The position numbers and the translations under genes are program-made. Below, piece by piece: positions 28,803 to 39,066 of a stretch of 64,000 nt of DNA (positions are counted from its first letter, which is position 1; every line of letters begins with the position of its first letter). The notes under the pieces were generated by a model. The model searched no databases. It saw only the letters and a list, made by a program, of their open reading frames with translations, and had not been told where the DNA came from. Source of the DNA: Promethearchaeota archaeon (GTDB taxonomy: Archaea > Asgardarchaeota > Heimdallarchaeia > Hodarchaeales > Hodarchaeaceae); contig JBHLMN010000006.1 in assembly GCA_048938105.1 (NCBI GenBank), forward strand, positions 96,001 to 160,000, in the 5' to 3' direction.

Positions 28803-30923
28803 ATGAAGTGTCCTAAATGTCTTGGGAAGGGGAAAATTCTCGTCAAACATAAACGAAAATGTCCCATGTGTCGTGGAATGGGTTCAACAAAGATCATTGT
28901 TGGTTCTAAACCAACAGGAAAAAACAAATGTCCAAAATGCCTTGGTACAGGTAAAATTGAGAAAGAAGTTGAGAAGACTTGTCCTATGTGTAAAGGAACA
29001 GGAATTGAGAAAAATCAATGTATTCTCTGTGATAAACCAACACCTTCAAAACAACAACTATGTGAATCCTGTAAGAAAAATCCATTGATTTATGAACTAA
29101 TTACTCCCGTTTCATTAAACGCAGTGGAATTTATGAAAATATATTCAGGTAAAGTAGTGAAGAAAGTTGAATTTGGCATCTTTGTACAACTCGCACAAAA
29201 GGTTGAAGGATTGATTCGTGATAAAAGGTTTAAGGGGGAAGAGGGAGATAAAATCTTCGTTAAATTGAAAAATAGGAAGGGGGAAAAACTAGAATTTCAG
29301 GAAACAAAAATAACAAACATTTCTCAATTCGAGATCAAGCGTGTGCATGATCCTGTTCCTTTACAGAAAATCAACATGGATCATGAGGTTGGGTCCTTTT
29401 TTTCCGTTCAATCACGGGTCGAGAATATTCGCCAAATTCCCCGTGGACCAAAAGTCTTCACACTCCTTGATGAGACTGGTGTGATCGAAGCTGCAGCGTT
29501 TCATCTTGATTTCGCAGAGAAGATTGCAGTTGGAGATATTGTTGAAGTCATGGGACAATACACTAGTCATCGGGGCTCAGAACAAATTGAAATCTCCGAC
29601 ATCTTTGTAGTTGACCCTGCATATGCTAACGCATTCGTGCAAAAAATGGAGAAATTACTTGATACGAGAAGCGAACCACCTCAAATTGACTTTTTAGTGA
29701 GATCTGAAACGTTAGAGTCATTAAAAGAGAGATTTGTGACCATTGCTAAACGTATACGACGAGCTTTACTTGAATTACAACCTATAATCATCAGACACCA
29801 CAATGATTGTGATGGAATCGTAGCAGGGATAGCTTTGGAGACCGCGTGTCGTGAACTATGGTTTCAACTTTTTGGACATTCTGACGAGGATCAATTACGG
29901 CATCTTGTAAAAAGAAATCCCAATAAACCTCCTTTCTATGATCCTCTTGACGCGGTTCGGGATCTAGATTTTGCTCTCTCCGATCAGGACCGATTCGGGG
30001 ATAAGATTCCTATCATTATTATGTTGGATACCGGAAGCAGTGAAGAAAGCTTATTTTCTTACAATTTGCTAAAATCATATGGAATTGAAATAATGGTTAT
30101 CGATCACCACTTTCCATCAAGTAATATTCAGGATGCAATTGATAGCCATCTTAATGTTTATTTTGTTGGTGGTGATTATAATATTTGTTCAGGGATGCTT
30201 GGTTGTGAGTTAGCTCGCTGTGTCAATCCTGATATCACTGATACTATAAACCATCTGCCCGCTATTGCTGGAAAAGGGGATCGTGTTGAAGGGGAAGAAT
30301 TAGACCAATACATCAAGATTGCGAAAAAGAAAGATTATTCAGAACATTTTATTGAGGACATTGCAGTAGCAGTTGATTATCAAGCATATTTCCTAAAATT
30401 TTCACCTGGCCGTCTTCTTCTAAGTGATCTATTAGGAATCCAGGGAAAACAAGAGAAACAAATTAATTATGTCAAATTATTATCAACTGAAGCTCGCAAA
30501 CATTTGGAAAACCAATTGCACATCTCCTTAGAATATGTTCAGGAGGAAACTTTAGTAAATGGAGTTCATTTAGCGATTTTGGACGTAGAAAAATATGCGA
30601 ATCGCTTTGATTACCCTCCTCCTGGAAAGATAACAGGGTCTCTCTTTGATCATCTTGCTAAGAAGGATCGGAATTCTGCGATAGTGACGATTGGTTTAGG
30701 TCCTGATTTCGCTATTTTCCGTTCACAAAATATTAAACTGGACTTTCCCAATTTTATTAAGAAATGTGCTAAAAAATTACCTCGTGCAGCTGTTGAAGGC
30801 GGGGGACATGAGGTTGTGGGTAGTATGAAGTTTATCCATGGTGCATATGATGAAGTAACGGAAACAATAAGAGAATTGTTGACTTTGATTGAAATCCAAA
30901 TTATTAATGAGAAAAAAGCATAA
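28803..30923 (+). CDS. Archaeal RecJ-like DHH exonuclease with DnaJ-type Zn finger, S1 and OB domains (COG1107)
   Basis: Four CxxCxGxG repeats, S1 motif FGIFVQL, HHNDCDG, DTG, DHH, GGGH. Confidence 0.88.
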   Translation: MKCPKCLGKGKILVKHKRKCPMCRGMGSTKIIVGSKPTGKNKCPKCLGTGKIEKEVEKTCPMCKGTGIEKNQCILCDKPTPSKQQLCESCKKNPLIYELITPVSLNAVEFMKIYSGKVVKKVEFGIFVQLAQKVEGLIRDKRFKGEEGDKIFVKLKNRKGEKLEFQETKITNISQFEIKRVHDPVPLQKINMDHEVGSFFSVQSRVENIRQIPRGPKVFTLLDETGVIEAAAFHLDFAEKIAVGDIVEVMGQYTSHRGSEQIEISDIFVVDPAYANAFVQKMEKLLDTRSEPPQIDFLVRSETLESLKERFVTIAKRIRRALLELQPIIIRHHNDCDGIVAGIALETACRELWFQLFGHSDEDQLRHLVKRNPNKPPFYDPLDAVRDLDFALSDQDRFGDKIPIIIMLDTGSSEESLFSYNLLKSYGIEIMVIDHHFPSSNIQDAIDSHLNVYFVGGDYNICSGMLGCELARCVNPDITDTINHLPAIAGKGDRVEGEELDQYIKIAKKKDYSEHFIEDIAVAVDYQAYFLKFSPGRLLLSDLLGIQGKQEKQINYVKLLSTEARKHLENQLHISLEYVQEETLVNGVHLAILDVEKYANRFDYPPPGKITGSLFDHLAKKDRNSAIVTIGLGPDFAIFRSQNIKLDFPNFIKKCAKKLPRAAVEGGGHEVVGSMKFIHGAYDEVTETIRELLTLIEIQIINEKKA

Positions 30924-30965
30924 ATTTTTTACACTAATTGATTGATTCTAAAAAATAAGCCTTAG

Positions 30966-31571
30966 GTGTTCATATTGGTGGCAAAAATCCGTCAATATCA
31001 CCCCTCAGATGAGGAGGAATGGATACAATGCCATTCACTTTCTTATTTAGATTCAATTCATTATGATGAACTAATCAAAGCGAAGCCTCGCTATGAAAGC
31101 CCAAGTGTTGAGTTAGTGGGAATTCTCGATGATAAAATTGTCGGAATTTTAGACATCGAAATGGAACAAAAACATGGCCAATTTTGTTTTGATGAAACTG
31201 AACGTAGTGGAATGATTTCAGTCATTGGGGTACTTTCAGAGTATCGAAGGAAGGGAATAGGAACAAAATTAATTGAGAAAGGAATGGAAATAATCCAAAA
31301 AAATTTTGATGTTCATCGAATCGAAATTTGGGTTCGTAAAGATTCTGGAATAACAGCTTGGTTGAAACAAATCCAGTTTCAAGAGATTCATCGATTTTAT
31401 GAAGTAGTATTAACCGCAGATTTTTTTGAGAAATATCAAATTGATTTACCTTTTGGTTTAGTGCCAGCTGTTCTCACCAGTAATCTAGAATCAGAAGGAT
31501 TTTCTGAATTGACGCAGCAGCATCCTCCCGAAAGATCATTCCCGATTCTAATTTACGAAAGATTCTTTTAG
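30966..31571 (+). CDS. GNAT acetyltransferase
   Basis: GVLSEYRRKGIGTKL motif A. Confidence 0.8.
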   Translation: MFILVAKIRQYHPSDEEEWIQCHSLSYLDSIHYDELIKAKPRYESPSVELVGILDDKIVGILDIEMEQKHGQFCFDETERSGMISVIGVLSEYRRKGIGTKLIEKGMEIIQKNFDVHRIEIWVRKDSGITAWLKQIQFQEIHRFYEVVLTADFFEKYQIDLPFGLVPAVLTSNLESEGFSELTQQHPPERSFPILIYERFF

Positions 31572-32686
31572 AATAACTCTTCTATTGGATCGAAAAGGGA
31601 GAATTTATCAGCTGGCTCACTTTCACTTATAGCTTCCATCATTCCCCTCACAAGACTTGATACTTTGTTGAGTCCTTTTTCTTCAAAAATTGAGACATGT
31701 TCCCATCCCACATGACGCCAACCTGTGAAATAAGACATTTTATTAATTTCTTTCTCAAAATTATGTATATCAGTCTCATTCGCGAGTAATTTTTCCAAGA
31801 TGACTTTCTTTATTTCATCCGCTGAGATACTTTCCAGAATTACTGGTTCAGACCCAGCTTTTGGATATTTTCGCCTCAGATCTGTCCAATTTGTATCTAA
31901 TTCCAACATTGTTGGCCTCATGTCATTGAGTAATCCCAGAATTGCCATCTGATTACCAGGGTCAGCTTGATGGCTTAAACCTAAGGTGAGGGCTCTACTG
32001 AAGATTCGACAGTTAACTAAACTAAAACCTGATAAAAGCATTTTACCCTTACGAGCGTTTCCTGGCTCTAATCCAGTGAAATATTTCTGTTCTAAGGCAT
32101 TAGTAATAATCTGTTCCATATAAGAAAATGGAATCTCTGCAGTATCCTTTTCTACTTCAAAACTACGTCGAGAGATTCTAAAACCCCTCGAATAGTATGT
32201 TACTCCTTCCTGTTTGGCTCTAGCTATCCCTTCGACTATTGTATCACCAAAAGCATTAGCTTCCCGTGTTATTGATTCATTTAGATCTCTTTTAGTAACG
32301 ATAAATGAGATGGGATATTTGTTATATGGTAATACACTTGAAATTGATGATGCTTGTTCAAGTGAATTTGTCCAAAATTGCTTTGTACAAGAATCAAGAA
32401 TTGTAACAATAGCTTCAGCTGTTGAACCAAATCGTTCTCTTAATTTGGCCCATTTCTCTTGGCCTCCTATTGGTAATAATAGACTATAGAATGTCCCTTC
32501 ATCAAAAGAAACTTTCAGGTATTCAGTTTCTATTGTTCCTCCAAAGTCTTCATAGTATTCCATTGAACTATCGGTTCGTGCAGCTAACTTTGTTACAATC
32601 GCTGTCTTACCTCCTGCTTGTGTACCTACAACCAAAATTCTACCAGCGTTGACTTCTTTTTTCTTCATCGGGGTTTCTCCTTTCAA
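31568..32686 (-). CDS. Atypical Ras-superfamily-like GTPase with large insertion
   Basis: G1 GTQAGGKT, G2 GGTIETEY, G3-like PIGGQ, G4 TKRD; probable G5 (HVSIFEEKG) displaced about 190 aa downstream of G4. Confidence 0.7.
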   Translation of the reverse strand: MKGETPMKKKEVNAGRILVVGTQAGGKTAIVTKLAARTDSSMEYYEDFGGTIETEYLKVSFDEGTFYSLLLPIGGQEKWAKLRERFGSTAEAIVTILDSCTKQFWTNSLEQASSISSVLPYNKYPISFIVTKRDLNESITREANAFGDTIVEGIARAKQEGVTYYSRGFRISRRSFEVEKDTAEIPFSYMEQIITNALEQKYFTGLEPGNARKGKMLLSGFSLVNCRIFSRALTLGLSHQADPGNQMAILGLLNDMRPTMLELDTNWTDLRRKYPKAGSEPVILESISADEIKKVILEKLLANETDIHNFEKEINKMSYFTGWRHVGWEHVSIFEEKGLNKVSSLVRGMMEAISESEPADKFSLFDPIEELF

Positions 32687-34617
32687 ATGCCTGCTATGAT
32701 TGTTCTCAAATCTTTGGGATCTGTTGCTCGAGCTTGATCCAAGATTAAGTGTAAGTTGTTCTTTTCGGGACCCATTCTCAGAAACTTATGAGGTCTAAAA
32801 ATTACTTCAACAGGATCAATTCCTTCCTCCGATAAGATATCTACTTCTTTGAATGCCAATGCTTGAATTGTCTCTCCTTCAATACCATAGTAGACGATAA
32901 AAGTTTCATCATCGACAGTGTATACTGTTTGTCTTAATTTCACATTACCATGTAATTGACTAATTTTATGTGTTGGTAAATTAAGAGCTTCAATAAGCAG
33001 ATTTTCTAACAGCTCATTATTGTCAAAATACCAGGGATAGCCTCCTAATTGAGCAAAACGATATTGAAAGATAAAATCATCCCGTGACCACACACTCATA
33101 GTCTGGGGAAGAAGACCCTTGTCTCGTGTAAGATAATCTACTCCTCTTTTAAAATCAGTTTGGATAAGATAAACAGGTATAAACTTTTTCGATGTGACAA
33201 GGCGGGAACGATCTTCGTCCTTGAAGAGATTTTTAATCAAATAAACAGCTTGAGCTTCTTCTTTTACTAGCGCTTCTTCCAAGATAGTTAGTAAGCTATT
33301 ACCAATGAAATTCCACATTCTAGGCGGTAGCTGATTAGTGACTGTATAATTCCCCTCTCGAACATCATTTCGATCAACACGTCCAGAAAGAACAGAGTTA
33401 GCTAGTCTTTGACAGGCTTCGAGCACATCAAATTTGGGCTGTTTATCAGAGATTAACAATAAAGTTGATCGCAAAATTGCTGTTTCAATACCCGAATAGT
33501 CATAAATCCAAGCTTGACTGCCTAATTCCATGACATTCTCAATTTCAAACTGGGCACTTTGCATGAAAGCATTTTCTTGTTTTAATTCATGAAAAGGACC
33601 TAATATTCGCTCAAAAATGTCTCCTAGATCGCTAATATTTCCTAAAATCTCTTTTCGTCTATGTTTATCCATGAAAGAAAGCCCGATGAGGTGCCTTTCG
33701 GTTGAAAGCGACTCTCCACGGATTTCTTCATCTTCTCCTGTTGCAGTTTTTCGACGAAGAGCTGATCTTAACCAATCAAGAAAATTTCCTATTGGGTACC
33801 TATCTGTTGCATCATCATAAACATTATATAAACTACTTTTTTCTGAAATTGGCAGTCCAGGTAAGAGGGTCCGTATAATTTCATTTACTTGCATTTCTGT
33901 GAAGTATCCGTCATTTGGATCTCTCTTATACTTAGACCACTCAAATTGTTCCTCAATACGCCTAAATGAAAGACGAGTTTCAATTAGGTTCTCAATTTGA
34001 CGATCTGCTGAAGAACTATCTTTCTTTTGTTGTAAACAATCTTCAGCTATAGCAGTAAGGATAATTGAATCACAAAAAATGTTGGCTTTATGATAAAAAT
34101 AATTTGGACCAAAATAAGATAATTTGACTTCTTCCAGTACTTCATTTGCATTTAAATGTTCTGTATATGGCCATAAAACTAACCCAAACAATCTTGGTAG
34201 TTCTGCACGGTGTGCAGCGTGTAATAATTTCTCTCTTTGCTGTAAGATATAACCTCTTAGCTGTTTGATTTCTGAAAATAATGCTTTAATTGTTGGATTA
34301 TTACTTTCTTCAATCTCCGTCCAGTATTTCAAATCTTCTTGCTTTATCTGAAATTTAATCTGGAATTGTATTTCCTGTAACTGAGCTTCTAACTCTGTTA
34401 ATTCTTCTGAAATTGGTACAACCACTGGAGCGAGCCACTGAGAAATCATTTGAAATGATTCATACATCCGCTGAGTCATAAGCCTATAATCATCTAAAGT
34501 TGAAGGTAAGTTACGTGCTGAACGAATAACCTCTAGCTGAGGAGCTAAATATTCTACTCCTATCGAGCCATATTTTTCTTTTAAGAGCTCTTCAATATTT
34601 CTCAGATCTGAAACCAT
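32683..34617 (-). CDS. Hypothetical protein (N-terminal coiled coil), in operon with the GTPase
   Basis: 644-aa ORF; 4-nt overlap with the GTPase ORF and 3-nt gap to the upstream gene. Confidence 0.75.
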   Translation of the reverse strand: MVSDLRNIEELLKEKYGSIGVEYLAPQLEVIRSARNLPSTLDDYRLMTQRMYESFQMISQWLAPVVVPISEELTELEAQLQEIQFQIKFQIKQEDLKYWTEIEESNNPTIKALFSEIKQLRGYILQQREKLLHAAHRAELPRLFGLVLWPYTEHLNANEVLEEVKLSYFGPNYFYHKANIFCDSIILTAIAEDCLQQKKDSSSADRQIENLIETRLSFRRIEEQFEWSKYKRDPNDGYFTEMQVNEIIRTLLPGLPISEKSSLYNVYDDATDRYPIGNFLDWLRSALRRKTATGEDEEIRGESLSTERHLIGLSFMDKHRRKEILGNISDLGDIFERILGPFHELKQENAFMQSAQFEIENVMELGSQAWIYDYSGIETAILRSTLLLISDKQPKFDVLEACQRLANSVLSGRVDRNDVREGNYTVTNQLPPRMWNFIGNSLLTILEEALVKEEAQAVYLIKNLFKDEDRSRLVTSKKFIPVYLIQTDFKRGVDYLTRDKGLLPQTMSVWSRDDFIFQYRFAQLGGYPWYFDNNELLENLLIEALNLPTHKISQLHGNVKLRQTVYTVDDETFIVYYGIEGETIQALAFKEVDILSEEGIDPVEVIFRPHKFLRMGPEKNNLHLILDQARATDPKDLRTIIAGI

Positions 34618-34620
34618 TCT

Positions 34621-36321
34621 TCAATCCTCTTTCGTATCTTCTTCCCTTTTAACTATTAATTGTAAAAAATCGAATTGAGGGTGCACTACATCATCAATGA
34701 GTGAGTGAGTGAGTTTCTGTCTTTTCAATGGAGTTAAAGTGCTAGAACCAGAAAACATGACTTCAGCAACCTTTAGTCCAAGAATAGTAGAATAAATATC
34801 AGTGATCTCAGCTTCTCTCCCAACCATCCCAATCGCCTGAGGCCCATATTGTTTCACAAGAGTTTGAGGATCATCAGTACTTGAGGCTAACTCTTTTCTT
34901 AAATCTTGATCACCCATTTCCCGTATAGCAGTCTCAACTTCAGTTTTCATTTCTTCAAAATAGAGCTCACCTCTTGGCACAAGTCGTCTGTGTGGTTCTC
35001 GTACAGCATCTTCAACTAAGTTTTCTTCATCTGTTCCAATGTTTTCATACATCAAAGATACTATTTGAAGTATTTCATCTCTGATCTCTTCGGGTAAGAC
35101 ATATTTCTTCATGTTACTTATTCGTTTATTCATAATAAGACGTGATTGAGTTCGACCACCTACACCTTCTGGTTCTGGAATCTGACTTGCTAAATAGCTT
35201 AAGACTGATTCAATCATTTCTAATCCAAGGTCATAACAGACTTTTTTGGGATTATAACTAGATAGGTCTACTGGTAATGAGACTTCTTTATTGAGCTCAA
35301 AAAAAAGCTCATTTCTTGAATTAAAAAGATGAATAATATCACTCGTATACCCTTTGAAATCTAATTTCGAGGCATATTCAGTTTTTAGGGTAGCAAGAAG
35401 TCGTTCTTTATGAGATTCCCACCTATAAAGCTTGATTGCTTGAAATAAAGCCTTTTTAATGGCGTCATCATCAGAAAATTCTTTGAGAAGATCACTTTTC
35501 TTATTTTCAATGAATTCTGACGCTTGATTATCAAAATCTAATAGGTTTCGAAGCCATAATTGAAATACACGGAATTTATAATATTCTAAATCTCCCCCAG
35601 CCATAAATTTCAGAATAAAATTGGATTTTAGCTTAACCTCTGAATTACCTTGACCAATAAAAGGTCTCATATCTTCCTCCCTCATGTTGGGTTCAATAAA
35701 TCTCTTAACTAAGTATTTATCAGCCTTTTCAATATCAAGTAAGAAATTTATTATATCATTAATCTCTTCATCTGATAAAACAAACATCTTATCTTTTATG
35801 ACGTTTAGTAATCCATAGAATTCTATCTGAACTTGTGCAAACCTCTTAGCTAAATCTTCAGGACTAGATGTCTGAATAAAGGTTCTTCGTTCTGCTTGAT
35901 CCTCATCAGGTTTTGGATCAAGAAATTTCAATAATTCATCTCGTGCTTCTTTAAACATTAAGAAAGTCTCATTTTCCGATTGTAAAGAAGTACGGAGAAT
36001 AAAATCTAGTTCAGACTCTGGTAGTGGAGGAAGAAGTTTAATTTGATCAGCGAAAAAAGATAATTCCCCATACCACGGTCGTATAGTCCTTTCTTGAGTT
36101 TCAATAATTCGTTGGATAATTTTTTGGCGTACACCCCTAGCATCCCAAGCATGGACAGAATCATCGCCTTTATAGATTGACGCTTTATAAGTAATGGCTT
36201 CTGCTGTGCCTGTTTCAAGTGGATACCTAGTGAAATATGTTTCACCAAAAACTGAGGCGGGCCACTTCTTCTTTGTGGAGATCAGCCTCCATTCGGCTCG
36301 TGCATCGTCAAATACTGTCAT
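34621..36321 (-). CDS. Hypothetical alpha-helical protein, first gene of the GTPase operon
   Basis: 566-aa ATG ORF with GAGGT SD; no recognised motif. Confidence 0.75.
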   Translation of the reverse strand: MTVFDDARAEWRLISTKKKWPASVFGETYFTRYPLETGTAEAITYKASIYKGDDSVHAWDARGVRQKIIQRIIETQERTIRPWYGELSFFADQIKLLPPLPESELDFILRTSLQSENETFLMFKEARDELLKFLDPKPDEDQAERRTFIQTSSPEDLAKRFAQVQIEFYGLLNVIKDKMFVLSDEEINDIINFLLDIEKADKYLVKRFIEPNMREEDMRPFIGQGNSEVKLKSNFILKFMAGGDLEYYKFRVFQLWLRNLLDFDNQASEFIENKKSDLLKEFSDDDAIKKALFQAIKLYRWESHKERLLATLKTEYASKLDFKGYTSDIIHLFNSRNELFFELNKEVSLPVDLSSYNPKKVCYDLGLEMIESVLSYLASQIPEPEGVGGRTQSRLIMNKRISNMKKYVLPEEIRDEILQIVSLMYENIGTDEENLVEDAVREPHRRLVPRGELYFEEMKTEVETAIREMGDQDLRKELASSTDDPQTLVKQYGPQAIGMVGREAEITDIYSTILGLKVAEVMFSGSSTLTPLKRQKLTHSLIDDVVHPQFDFLQLIVKREEDTKED

Positions 36322-36382
36322 TTATAGACCTCACATTTACTTAGTTGAAATTTAACTCCATTCTACCACTTATAGACCTCAC
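36322..36382 (-). promoter_or_regulatory. Duplicated 13-bp ribosome-binding site flanking a 5-codon uORF
   Basis: GTGAGGTCTATAA (minus strand) at 36370-36382 and 36322-36334, each directly followed by a start codon: GTG-GTA-GAA-TGG-AGT-TAA, and the ATG of the 566-aa gene. Confidence 0.55.
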
Positions 36383-36577
36383 GCATTGGAATAATATAGA
36401 ACTAGAATTTAAAAGATTTCTATATATATTACTAGTATCTTGAGAGCTCAAAATCTCCAAGAGATCGTGTTGAAGGTTAAAATCGTTTATATAATATCGG
36501 GTGCCGCAAACCAAATCCTAATTAAGGTACTATTATCAAATTATATTCAATCTATACCAAAACTTAGAGAGAAATAA

Positions 36578-38068
36578 TCAGAACCTTTCTTTTCGAAAAA
36601 TGTGACAATATTGATGACATCGATTTCCCACCCATGCATAATTTACTCCTAAAGCAACTAAAGATTTATCGTCCTGTAACCAGATCTTTTCATCCTTTAG
36701 AATCCACGGATGCTCTTTATCCTGAGTCAAACGGATTGCTGTGTCATAAGCTAATGGATAGACCCGCTTATTCGTAAAGACATTATTTGTGATAATCACT
36801 AAATACCCTTTGGTTCGTAAAAGATCATACACTTTCCCAAAAATCTTTTGTTGTTCGTCAAGAAATTTGTTATAATCCCTGAGGTTACTGAGATCTTTTG
36901 GGTGATTATTGCTATATTTGGTTTCTAATCCCATTTCTTTCCGTTTTTTCTGTCGAATTGCATTTCTTTCAAGTTGACTCCAATAAGGTGGACTTGTAAG
37001 ACAAAAATCAACGATAGGTAGTTCAAATTCTTCCCAATAGCTAATTAGATTCCGTGAATCCCCACAAATCACTTTCCAAAAACTTATTTCATTAGTTTGA
37101 TAAAATGGAGGATATGCTGGGATGTTTAACTTTTCTAATCGATGTTCGCTAATTTCAGCGTATTCTGGAGAAAGCTCTACTCCCACACCACTCCTATTAC
37201 ACTGTTTTGTTGCAATTAAGGCGCTCCCAGTGCCAAGAAATGGATCTAGCACTAATTCACCAGGTTTTGTAAAAAAGGTAACAAATTGACGAATTAATGT
37301 CTCGGGAAATTTTGCTGGATGTAATAGCTCTTCTTTTTTGCGAGACGGAGGACGATGTATAAACCATGATTTCGAGAATTTTATCCATTCTCTTCCAGTC
37401 AATAAATTCAAACGATTTTTTAAATTTCGCTTACCAAAAGGGACCCTTTTCTTGCCATTTTGAAGAATTATAGTTTCTGATTCAGTGCCAATCGAATCAT
37501 GATTACTCTCAACCTGTTCTAATTCTGTTTTCTGCACAAAATCTTGGTTGAGGAATTTATCTAGATCTCCTTGGCTAACTTTTTTCATCTTGGATTTAGG
37601 AATTTTGAACTTGTGTAAAGGTTTGATGTCTTGATCTACTAATTTAAACGTGCGAAATGAAATATTATCTGTTTTTGTTTCTCTTTTAATCTGAATAAAC
37701 AAACTTTCTATCTCTTGGCTATAAAAACTCAATAGATTTGATTTAATAGTTTTTACTATAGAAAAAAAAGAATTAGCTGTTTTGAAAGAGACAGAGTCTT
37801 TATTGACGGGATAAAATATAACAGGAGTTTCAAGATCGATATAGAAGACTTTCTTTAGGGAATCTTCCTCCTGATATACTAATTTAAAACATTCCAAATT
37901 TCTTTCTGTAAATAATTGCCATAAATATTGAAGATTTTTATCCTTGGTATGTTGAATCAAATTTTCTAAGGAAACTACTGTTTTTAAATCCCTAGGTTGT
38001 GTTATAAAGGTAAAAAATAACTGAGTTTCCTTCTTTACAGCCTTTTTATAGTTAAATAAAGGTTTCAT
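36578..38068 (-). CDS. Amino-DNA methyltransferase (SPPY, probably N4-cytosine) with about 200-aa N-terminal extension
   Basis: HPAKFP, LDPFLGTGS, GVELSPEY, TSPPYW. Confidence 0.8.
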   Translation of the reverse strand: MKPLFNYKKAVKKETQLFFTFITQPRDLKTVVSLENLIQHTKDKNLQYLWQLFTERNLECFKLVYQEEDSLKKVFYIDLETPVIFYPVNKDSVSFKTANSFFSIVKTIKSNLLSFYSQEIESLFIQIKRETKTDNISFRTFKLVDQDIKPLHKFKIPKSKMKKVSQGDLDKFLNQDFVQKTELEQVESNHDSIGTESETIILQNGKKRVPFGKRNLKNRLNLLTGREWIKFSKSWFIHRPPSRKKEELLHPAKFPETLIRQFVTFFTKPGELVLDPFLGTGSALIATKQCNRSGVGVELSPEYAEISEHRLEKLNIPAYPPFYQTNEISFWKVICGDSRNLISYWEEFELPIVDFCLTSPPYWSQLERNAIRQKKRKEMGLETKYSNNHPKDLSNLRDYNKFLDEQQKIFGKVYDLLRTKGYLVIITNNVFTNKRVYPLAYDTAIRLTQDKEHPWILKDEKIWLQDDKSLVALGVNYAWVGNRCHQYCHIFRKERF

Positions 38069-38306
38069 CCCCTAGAAGATCTTCTTTATCAATAACATTC
38101 CCATAACTATATCATTTAAGAGAATATTTCTGGACTATTATCTTTGTTGTATGATTATCATCTTAGAGTTATTAGAGTACAAAAATTGTAACCACATGGG
38201 ACTTCTCTTTTCCCCCATGTACAAATTTATAAATATTAATTCTATTAGTGTTAATGATCATATTTTAAAAATCTAATTTCCTAAAGGATATTTATGGTGA
38301 TAATTT

Positions 38307-38705
38307 ATGGCAAAGTATTGTGATAAATGTGGGGAGGTAGTGAATCCAGATGATTTGTTCTGTAATAATTGCGGTTCGCAATTAGACAGATCTAAAACAT
38401 GGATTGGAGGTGGAACATCGCCACAGACTTCTAAATTTACCCCAACACCTGAATACGAACCCCGTACATCAACCCAGCCAAAAAGATTTTATCGTAGTAG
38501 AGAAGATAGGTGGATAGCTGGAGTATGTGGTGGTCTAGGAGAATATTTCGATATTGATCCTATTCTAGTTAGACTTGGCTTTATCTTTGTTACGCTTTTC
38601 TACGGATTTGGAATAATTCTATATATCATTTTAGCGATATTTGTGAAAGAAAATCCCCACCAAAAGCCTAGAGAGTACCAGAGACGAGACACACAAGGAT
38701 ATTAA
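38307..38705 (+). CDS. Zinc-ribbon plus PspC domain protein
   Basis: CDKCG...FCNNCG; RFYRSREDRWIAGVCGGLGEYFDIDPILVRL PspC signature. Confidence 0.88.
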   Translation: MAKYCDKCGEVVNPDDLFCNNCGSQLDRSKTWIGGGTSPQTSKFTPTPEYEPRTSTQPKRFYRSREDRWIAGVCGGLGEYFDIDPILVRLGFIFVTLFYGFGIILYIILAIFVKENPHQKPREYQRRDTQGY

Positions 38706-38778
38706 GAAAATCAATCTATGAAGCTAAGCAATGGCAATCATAAATCATTATAGAATTCTCTACTAAAGAATTACAATA

Positions 38779-38958
38779 TTATAGCTCATTTTCTTCATTA
38801 AATTCTATTCTAAGATCGATTTTTTTAATCGCTGGATCCTTTAAATGGAGTGCTTCAACCATACCTACCAATGAATTCCCGATGAATTGTCGTACAAATT
38901 TCTTTGAAGGAATTTTCTTTTCATTAACTTGTAGATCAAATGATTTAATTTTTCTCAA
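38779..38958 (-). CDS. Small 59-aa protein (below ORF-track cutoff) resembling the small C-terminal domain of some archaeal MobB proteins
   Basis: AGGTGA SD and TTG start; MRKIKSFDLQVNEKKIPSKKFVRQFIGNSLVGMVEALHLKDPAIKKIDLRIEFNEENEL. Confidence 0.6.
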   Translation of the reverse strand: MRKIKSFDLQVNEKKIPSKKFVRQFIGNSLVGMVEALHLKDPAIKKIDLRIEFNEENEL

Positions 38959-39066
38959 ATATGATCACCTTAGAAAGTTTGACAAAATACAAGAATAGTA
39001 TAGTTTTTAAATGTCTTAGTAGCAATCCAGTCTTACAAGCTTTAATAAAATCAGGACTCGAAAACA

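Noticed and set aside
28803-29010. DnaJ chaperone
   Set aside because: CxxCxGxG repeats are present but there is no J-domain/HPD motif; they belong to the COG1107 RecJ-like nuclease.
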